Part shown: piece after piece, positions 57,886 through 64,000 of the stretch | How positions within the stretch are numbered: the first letter of the stretch is position 1 | Layout of the letters: every line of letters starts with the position of its first letter | Assembly: GCA_945883565.1 (NCBI GenBank) | Contig: CAMCXO010000010.1 | Coordinates: 8,019-72,018, forward strand | Reading direction: 5' to 3' | DNA length: 64,000 nt | Origin: Chryseobacterium gleum | GTDB taxonomy: Bacteria; Bacteroidota; Bacteroidia; Flavobacteriales; Schleiferiaceae | The notes under the pieces: generated by a model | Seen by the model: only the letters and a program-made list of their open reading frames with translations | The model's database searches: none | Told to the model about the DNA's origin: nothing | Program-made: the position numbers and the translations under genes

Positions 57886-60800
57886 ATGAAGAAATTTACC
57901 TTCACACTTTTGGGCTTGTGTTGGCTCGCCATTTCGGCAAGCGCACAGGTACAAACCTTCGAGAAGCGCATTGCAGCTTCTACCGACGATGCTGAAGAAC
58001 GTGGCGCCAATGCTACCTCTTCGGTTGGTGCTATGGACATAACCAGCTCCGACCTCGAGCTTACGCGCGACGGAAGCAGCACCGGCAACCAATTTATTGG
58101 CATGCGCTTTATTGGGGTTAACATTCCTCAAGGCGCCATCATCCAAAACGCCTACATTCAGTTTGAAGTAGATGAAACTCCGAACGAAAGCGGAACCCTC
58201 ACCTTCGAAGTGCAAGACGCCGACAATCCGAGCACTTTCGTTAGCACGGGTTTTAACATCTCATCTCGCCCACGTGTAGCCGGTGTTTCAGTAAACTGGA
58301 GCAACATTCCAACTTGGACAGTGGTTCAACAACAGGGCGTTAATCAGCGTACCCCCGATTTGAAAACCTTGGTACAAGCCTTGGTAAGCCGTTCGGGTTG
58401 GGCAAGTGGAAACGCTATGGTATTCATAGTAAGTGGAACAGGCAAACGCACGGCCGAAGCCTATGATGGCTCTACTTCAGGTGCTCCTAAATTGGTGGTT
58501 GAATACGTGGTTCCGGTAACGGCTACTTTCAATATTTTAAGTGGAAACGACGACGTAGAACAAGACGTTAATACTGGGGCAATGGATTTAAGCAGCTCTG
58601 ATTTAGAGTTTACCGCCGATGGCAGCAGCATCCAACTTATTGGTTTGCGCTATGGAAACGTAAGCATTCCTCAAGGTTCTCAAATTTTAAGCGCCTATGT
58701 ACAATTTACAGTAGACGAGGTTAACACCACAGGAACCGTTAACGTTTTAATAGCGGCCGAAAACGCAGCCAACAGCTCGCCCATTACCGCAGCCACCAAC
58801 AACCTGGCTTCTCGCAGCTATACTTTTGGAGCAGTTCCAACCATTTGGACGCCCGGTGCTTTCTCTACCGTAGGCGAAAGCGGTCCTGCACAACGCACTC
58901 CCGATATTTCCGGTCTTATCCAATCATTGGTAAACAATGTGTCATGGAACAGCGGCAATGCCATTTTATTGGGCATGGTTGATCCGGCCATTGTAAGTGT
59001 TCCTGGCTTTAGCCCAAATACGGCTAAGCGCGTGGCCCAAACTTACGACCGCGACCCAAACAACGCCGCTAAATTGGTGGTAAGCTTTATTCCTCCGGCT
59101 ACCTATCAAACCGGAACTTTCCCAATTGCTGCCGGTGCTTCATGGAAATACCTCGACGACGGAAGCGATTTGAGCGGAACCAACTGGACGGCTACCCAAT
59201 ACAACGACAGCAGCTGGGCTTTTGGCAATGCGCCTCTTGGCTATGGCGATCCGGTAACCACCACAGTAGGTTTCGGCCCAGATGCCAACAACAAATACAT
59301 CACCACCTATCTGCGCAACACTTTCACCATGTCGAACACGGCTCAATTCGACAGCTTGCAATTCCGTGTGCGCCGCGACGACGGGGCAGTGGTTTACCTA
59401 AACGGTGTTGAAGTTTTCCGCCAAAACATGCCCAACGGTGCGGTTACGGCCGGTACATTGGCCTCTACAGCAGTAGGCGGAAGCGATGAAACCACTTTCT
59501 TCGTTAACATGACCGATAACCTGTTGGTAAACGGGCTTAACGTGGTAGCGGTTGAACTTCACCAAAGCGCTGCCAACAGCTCCGATATGGTATTCGATAT
59601 GGCCATAAGCGGCAAAAAACCACCTTTGGCAGCAGCAAGCTTCCCATTCTTAGCCGGAAGCGAATGGCATTACCGCGACAATGGCGCTTGTTTCGATGGC
59701 ATGCCATGGAACACCAACGCCATGAGCGACGACAACTGGGCCCAAGGCCGTGCACCACTTGGTTATGGCGATCCAATGGCCACCACCATTTCTTTTGGTC
59801 CAGATCCTAACAACAAATTCATTACCTATTATTTCCGCCGCGATATCGACATCGATCTAGCCCAATTGCCCGATACCATCGAATTTGGTCTTCGTCGCGA
59901 CGATGGCGGGGTGGTTTATGTAAATGGTGTGGAGCTTTTCCGCAGCAATATGCCAAGTGGCGTATTTACTTGCGATTCTACCGCCCCTGCTACCATTGCC
60001 GGTGGAGACGAAACCGTTTACTACACCTACCTATTGCCTAAAACCGTTTTCAACCAAGGCATCAACGTTTTGGCCGTAGAAATTCACAACCGCGATATTT
60101 TCAGCTCAGACCTGGGATTCGATCTTTACATCAAAACCCCTCCTTTCTTTAACCCACCGGCTTTAGGTTGTTCTAATGGCAACGAGGCACATTTTGCTTG
60201 CTTCACCTCTTTGCAGCCATCGGCCCAAGGCCCCACAATGGTGATTCCTTCAAGCCACCGCTTCCAAATGTTGTGGAAACAAGGTCAAGCCTACAGCAAA
60301 GGCGGAGGCATTGCACCCGGTTTACACGACTTCACCGGCTATGTAGCCACGAACGGCAGCAGCGAACTAGGGCATCTTTCTATTAACCACGAAACCGCTC
60401 CTGGTGGTGTGTCTTTGCTCGATATGCACTACGACAACGCTTCTAACCTTTGGGTTATAGACACTTCAGAAGCAGTAGATTTCAGCCATCCGGCTTTGGT
60501 TCGCACCGAACGCAACTGTTCTGGCGGCATTACCCCTTGGGGAACGGTGGTAACAGCCGAAGAAACAGGATCTGCAGCCGATGCCAACAACGATGGTTAT
60601 TTTGATGTGGGTTGGTTGGTAGAAATAGATCCGGTTTCGGCCAAAGTACGCGATTACGACAACGACGGAAATCCAGATAAAATTTGGGCTGCCGGCAATG
60701 CCAGCCACGAAAATGCTTGCTTCACCAACGATTCGGCCGTAATGTACTGGGGCGAAGATGGCGGTTCAAGCGCGGTATTCAAATACGTAATGACCAGCAA

Positions 60801-62838
60801 AGGCGATTTAACCAACGGCATGCTTTACGTATTAAAACTCGATCAGCCTTTGGCAGGTGGCGAGCCCACCGGCACCACCGCTACTTGGGTATTGGTTCCA
60901 AACACCACCCAAAGCGAACGCAACAATACCCGCAGCTTGGCTATTGGATTGGGCGCTACCAACTTTAATGGGGTAGAAGACGTAGAAATCGGTCCTTTAG
61001 ATGGCAAAATCTATTTTACCGGAAAAGGCAACAACCGCACTTGGAGATTCACCGACAATGGTTCTACCATTTCTAACTTCGAAACTTTCGTGGGCGGAAC
61101 CAGCTACAACATCACCTCTAACAACGGCAACTTTACCGAATCTTGGGGAAGTGGAAACGACAACCTTACCTTCGACGACCAAGGCAATTTGTATGTGCTG
61201 CAAGATGGAAGCCGCAACCACCTTTGGATGGTGCGTCCAGACCACACCCAAACCACGCCTAAGGTTGAGCTTTTCATCAAAACCCCAGCCGGTTCTGAAC
61301 CTTGTGGCATGACCTTCACCCCCGATTTCCGTTTCGCTTTCTTGTCTATTCAGCACCCAAGCGGTTCTAATGCCGCCCAAATGGATGCCTCAGGCAATAT
61401 GGTGGCTTTCAATGCATCGGCAGCTTTCGTTATAGCCCGCAGCGAGCACCTTGGCAGCCAAAAACCAAGCGTTCAAACCTTGGGTGTTAACCAAATCACC
61501 TCACAGTCGGCAGTGGTAGAAGCTCAGGTAACCGACAATGGCGGTATGGCCCTTACAGCCCGCGGTGTTGCTTACGATACTTTGACCAACCCAACCTTGG
61601 CCAATCAGTTCACCTCCGATACCACCATGGCCAACAACTACACCACCCAGTTAAGTGGATTAAATGGCAGCACTACCTATTATGTTCGCGCCTATGCCAC
61701 CAACGCTTTGGGAACCTCTTATGGCAACGAAATGATGTTTACCACCAAGGCCGCTTGCCTTAACATTTTATCGGCTGCCCCCGGCATTAATGGAGATTAC
61801 AACCAATCGTTCTCTTGGACGCCTATTAGCGGTGCCACCAATTACCGTTTACAATGGCGCTCAGTAGGAAGCATGAACTGGGCAGGCAATACCTTGTCGG
61901 CTACCCAAAGGCTTATTCAAAACCTGGCTCCCGGTAACTACGAAGCCCGTGTATTCGCTATAGGATTGGCCGATACATCTTGTACAGTAAACTTTAGCAT
62001 AGCCTGCGCCACCAACATCAGCTATTCGGCCAATACTTTCCAGGCAGCTTACCTAAATCCATTGCCAAGCAGCAGCGCCCGTGTAAGCGTGTTCAACGTA
62101 AGCGGAGGAAAGAGCCTTTACACCTTCCAGTTGGAAGATCAGAATGGCAATATGCTACGCGCCGAAAACCGCCGCAATCACACCTTTAGCCAATTGGCCG
62201 GAGGCAATTATATGTTGAGCGTATTCGATGCCTTTAACTGTGAGGCCGATTCGGTAATGGCCATTCAGATCAACAGCCTCGATACAGCTTACATACCCAA
62301 CCTTTTGGGTGCCACCAACAGCAGTCCAAACGGCTTTATGCCTTTCTGGAACCGCCCACGTCAAAATGGTATTTTGATGCCCGGTGTAGTGAGCTACCAG
62401 GTACGCGTGCGCAACGAAACCGACAACCAATTGGTGAATTTGTATACCGGAATCGCCGATACTTTCCACCACGTTAACAACCTTACCCCCGGTAAGTTGT
62501 ACCGCTTTAACGTACGCAGCCGCTACAACGCCGGTGCCGGCGATCAAAACTCTGCCTTCTCGGTTCGCCGAGACCGCCAGTTGGGAGTTTCAGGCAATAA
62601 AAACGAAGAGAGCCGCCACGAGGTACGCGTTTACCCCAATCCAACCAGCGATTTGGTAAACATCGAAACCACCGAAGCTACTCAAATTGAATTGCTCGAT
62701 TTACAGGGCCGTTTGTTGCAAAGCTTTACCGTTAATGGACTGTACACCCTACCATTAAGCGCTTACAGCCAAGGCACTTATGTGCTTAAGCTGAAAATGC
62801 AGGAGGGCACCCAAACCATTAAAGTGGTGAAACACTAA
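57886..62838 (+). CDS. giant T9SS-secreted multidomain protein with PhoX/DUF839-like phosphatase-type beta-propeller domain
   Basis: 1650 aa. Signal peptide. Two ~190-aa N-terminal repeats (DDAEERG...MD.SSSDLE.T.DGSS). Two Trp-rich ~150-aa repeats (SWKYLDDGSD...DSSW.G.APLGYGD). Central region RTERNCSGGITPWGTVVTAEE...GWLVEIDP...AGNASHENACF...LYVLQDGSRNHLW resembling PhoX/DUF839. C-terminal FN3-like modules and type-A CTD (VYPNPTSDLVNIE...KVVKH). Confidence 0.7.
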   Translation: MKKFTFTLLGLCWLAISASAQVQTFEKRIAASTDDAEERGANATSSVGAMDITSSDLELTRDGSSTGNQFIGMRFIGVNIPQGAIIQNAYIQFEVDETPNESGTLTFEVQDADNPSTFVSTGFNISSRPRVAGVSVNWSNIPTWTVVQQQGVNQRTPDLKTLVQALVSRSGWASGNAMVFIVSGTGKRTAEAYDGSTSGAPKLVVEYVVPVTATFNILSGNDDVEQDVNTGAMDLSSSDLEFTADGSSIQLIGLRYGNVSIPQGSQILSAYVQFTVDEVNTTGTVNVLIAAENAANSSPITAATNNLASRSYTFGAVPTIWTPGAFSTVGESGPAQRTPDISGLIQSLVNNVSWNSGNAILLGMVDPAIVSVPGFSPNTAKRVAQTYDRDPNNAAKLVVSFIPPATYQTGTFPIAAGASWKYLDDGSDLSGTNWTATQYNDSSWAFGNAPLGYGDPVTTTVGFGPDANNKYITTYLRNTFTMSNTAQFDSLQFRVRRDDGAVVYLNGVEVFRQNMPNGAVTAGTLASTAVGGSDETTFFVNMTDNLLVNGLNVVAVELHQSAANSSDMVFDMAISGKKPPLAAASFPFLAGSEWHYRDNGACFDGMPWNTNAMSDDNWAQGRAPLGYGDPMATTISFGPDPNNKFITYYFRRDIDIDLAQLPDTIEFGLRRDDGGVVYVNGVELFRSNMPSGVFTCDSTAPATIAGGDETVYYTYLLPKTVFNQGINVLAVEIHNRDIFSSDLGFDLYIKTPPFFNPPALGCSNGNEAHFACFTSLQPSAQGPTMVIPSSHRFQMLWKQGQAYSKGGGIAPGLHDFTGYVATNGSSELGHLSINHETAPGGVSLLDMHYDNASNLWVIDTSEAVDFSHPALVRTERNCSGGITPWGTVVTAEETGSAADANNDGYFDVGWLVEIDPVSAKVRDYDNDGNPDKIWAAGNASHENACFTNDSAVMYWGEDGGSSAVFKYVMTSKGDLTNGMLYVLKLDQPLAGGEPTGTTATWVLVPNTTQSERNNTRSLAIGLGATNFNGVEDVEIGPLDGKIYFTGKGNNRTWRFTDNGSTISNFETFVGGTSYNITSNNGNFTESWGSGNDNLTFDDQGNLYVLQDGSRNHLWMVRPDHTQTTPKVELFIKTPAGSEPCGMTFTPDFRFAFLSIQHPSGSNAAQMDASGNMVAFNASAAFVIARSEHLGSQKPSVQTLGVNQITSQSAVVEAQVTDNGGMALTARGVAYDTLTNPTLANQFTSDTTMANNYTTQLSGLNGSTTYYVRAYATNALGTSYGNEMMFTTKAACLNILSAAPGINGDYNQSFSWTPISGATNYRLQWRSVGSMNWAGNTLSATQRLIQNLAPGNYEARVFAIGLADTSCTVNFSIACATNISYSANTFQAAYLNPLPSSSARVSVFNVSGGKSLYTFQLEDQNGNMLRAENRRNHTFSQLAGGNYMLSVFDAFNCEADSVMAIQINSLDTAYIPNLLGATNSSPNGFMPFWNRPRQNGILMPGVVSYQVRVRNETDNQLVNLYTGIADTFHHVNNLTPGKLYRFNVRSRYNAGAGDQNSAFSVRRDRQLGVSGNKNEESRHEVRVYPNPTSDLVNIETTEATQIELLDLQGRLLQSFTVNGLYTLPLSAYSQGTYVLKLKMQEGTQTIKVVKH

Positions 62839-62863
62839 AAAGAAACGCCTTACCAAACCAAAA

Positions 62864-62890
62864 GGCCGCCTTCGGGCGGTCTTTTTTTTT
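62864..62890 (+). terminator. rho-independent terminator
   Basis: GGCCGCCttcgGGCGGTC followed by T9. Same hairpin core as the terminator at 54661. Confidence 0.85.
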
Positions 62891-62959
62891 GACTTAAAAT
62901 AGGGCGCCCCCGCGCGGGGCAAAAGGTTTATGCAAGGCCAAAATACCATCAGCCCCTCG

Positions 62960-62992
62960 CGGGCCGGGCTTTCCGCTCCAAGTCCTCGCCGC
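62960..62992 (+). repeat. GC-rich conserved motif, copy 2 (CGGGCCGGGCTTTCCGCTCCAAGTCCTCGCCGC)
   Basis: 32 of 33 identical to 36791..36823. Flanking similarity extends further (GGGCGCCCCC upstream; GGCTG(Y)GGGCTTT...CTGGCGCGG downstream). Confidence 0.8.
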
Positions 62993-63187
62993 CATTGTCT
63001 GAACCATGATTTTCTGGATTTAAGGATGGGCATGATTAATTCAGAAGGCTTTGGTCAAGGCGGCTGCGGGCTTTACGCTGCAATCGCTGGCGCGGACTGT
63101 CTGGTTTTTTTGTTGTTTGTTCTTGTAGAAACGTTATTTATTTTTGTTAAGACTTGGTTCAAATTACCTGCCTTGATGAGCGCATCT

Positions 63188-63280
63188 CTGCGAAGGTGAC
63201 TTACGAGACTGCGAAGGTGAGTGACGAGACTGCGAAGGTGACTTACGAGTCTGCAGATGGTGACTTACGAGACTGCGAAG
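63188..63280. repeat. 21-22-nt tandem repeat, about 4.4 units (CTGCGAAGGTGACTTACGAGA)
   Basis: Direct reading gives four and a partial head-to-tail units. The same period as the 36894-37460 array but a different unit sequence. Confidence 0.8.
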
Positions 63281-63510
63281 TAAGCCGACACTCATTGCCG
63301 ACCTTGTGTTTTTTATTTTTTCCCACCCGCATTTTTTAAAAACAATTTTAGCCAAACCGCAAGTGGCACATTTGGCTTTAACCCCACCCGCAAGCCGACC
63401 CTTCGCAAAACCAAAAGAGCCATTCTTTGCCAACGCCATGACTAATTAATGTGACAACTGTTAATAATAAACACAAGTTAAACATGAGGGAAACTTTCGA
63501 TTCCATAAAT

Positions 63511-63527
63511 TTGTCAAAACCTGACAA
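63511..63527. promoter_or_regulatory. candidate operator palindrome TTGTCAaaaccTGACAA, 5 nt upstream of the HTH-MTase start codon
   Basis: Perfect 6-bp arms with a 5-nt spacer. HTH-fused C5-MTases of the SsoII type and C-proteins autoregulate via such sites. Confidence 0.45.
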
Positions 63528-63532
63528 GTCAT

Positions 63533-64000
63533 ATGAGAGAAACGATTGGACAATATATAAAAACCCTTAGAAATGACAAGGGTTGGACACTTACTCAACT
63601 TGCCGCAAAGCTTGATATTGATTCTGCCAATTTGAGTAAGATTGAAAACGGTAAGAGAGAACTTGATGAAAAAAAACTGACCAAGCTTTGTAAAATTTTC
63701 CAACTCGATAAATCTGAAATGGAAAAAGAGTTAGTAAGTGAAAAAATAGCGAGAGCTATTTGCGACAAAGAGCTAGACCAATCTATCCTAACTCTTGCAG
63801 AAGAAAAAATTAAATACATTAAATACGGTTCCATCTCACACCAAACTGATTATTCAATTGCAACTGAATCTGACTTGTTTGGTGAAAATGACTGGAGATT
63901 AAAAGAGTTTTCTAATCCTACGGCAGAAATAAGAATTGGAACTTTGTTTAGTGGCATTGGAGCCATTGAACATGCTTTTAGACGACTTAATTTAAATCAT
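63533..64000 (+). CDS. HTH (XRE-family) domain fused to a DNA (cytosine-5)-methyltransferase, N-terminal 156 codons; open to the window end
   Basis: Translation MRETIGQYIKTLRNDKGWTLTQLAAKLDIDSANLSKIENGKRE is a Cro/C1-type HTH. It ends with IRIGTLFSGIGAIEHAF, which is C5-MTase motif I (FxGxG, AdoMet binding). No stop codon before 64000. GC drops sharply here relative to the rest of the window. Confidence 0.6.
   Translation, partial: MRETIGQYIKTLRNDKGWTLTQLAAKLDIDSANLSKIENGKRELDEKKLTKLCKIFQLDKSEMEKELVSEKIARAICDKELDQSILTLAEEKIKYIKYGSISHQTDYSIATESDLFGENDWRLKEFSNPTAEIRIGTLFSGIGAIEHAFRRLNLNH

Noticed and set aside
63366-63385. TGGCAC...GCTTT as a sigma-54 promoter (rpoN is present in this genome)
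   Set aside because: The spacing between the GG and GC elements is 8 nt rather than 10, and the -12 element does not match TTGCW.
63164-63834. Minus-strand ORFs 63164..63439, 63461..63703 and 63595..63834
   Set aside because: The first overlaps the tandem repeat and has low-complexity SPSQSR repeats. The other two lie antisense to the HTH-methyltransferase ORF, which has clear domain motifs.
1-64000. tRNA, rRNA and transposase or integrase genes, looked for as island markers especially near 62.9-63.5 kb
   Set aside because: No cloverleaf-type tRNA signatures were seen (no GGTTCGAATCC-like T-arm with matching acceptor stems) and no rRNA-like stretch. No DDE or tyrosine-recombinase motifs appear in any frame. 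tRNAs cannot be excluded entirely without tRNAscan.

Overview
The window looks like chromosomal DNA from a Bacteroidota bacterium, probably Flavobacteriia or a related class. Evidence: T9SS type-A C-terminal sorting domains, delta-60 repeat proteins, Bacteroidetes-type glycogen synthase, and the conserved nadK-uppS-bamA-skp-skp-murI envelope cluster. GC is about 45%.

Positions 1-36.7 kb and 38.3-48.8 kb are ordinary, densely packed housekeeping genes. They include aconitase (5' fragment), asnS, rpoN, a TlpA-like oxidoreductase, pdxJ, nadK, uppS, bamA, two skp/ompH, murI, ychF, rnhB, glycosyltransferases, glgA/glgC, cutC, two tandem cyclophilin-FKBP PPIases, a NamZ-like DUF1343 protein, an FtsX-type permease, an SDR, an NfeD-flotillin pair, htpG, a DPP-IV-like S9 peptidase, an FAD oxidase, secDF and a VWA plus ChlI-like AAA pair.

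Three places stand out.

(1) A 1.5-kb non-coding region after htpG (36.7-38.3 kb). It holds 27 copies of a 21-bp tandem repeat, then mosaic ~150-bp direct repeats that each carry a perfect 28-bp palindrome. A GC-rich leader motif precedes it. The same leader recurs after the last T9SS gene at about 62.9 kb, where it again precedes a 21-nt-period tandem repeat.

(2) An accessory-looking cluster of secreted cargo at 49-62.8 kb. It contains two delta-60 beta-propeller T9SS proteins, a di-heme cytochrome c peroxidase with an N-terminal extension, an LRR protein, and a 1650-aa T9SS protein with duplicated N-terminal domains and a PhoX/DUF839-like phosphatase domain. Three of these genes share near-identical 3' ends, and one has internal near-identical duplications.

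(3) An abrupt switch to AT-rich DNA at about 63.45 kb. It begins with an HTH(XRE)-fused DNA cytosine-5 methyltransferase, truncated by the window end, with an operator-like palindrome over its start. This is probably the edge of a horizontally acquired R-M or mobile island.

I saw no rRNA, tRNA, CRISPR array, transposase or integrase. All calls come from reading translated motifs; I ran no database searches.
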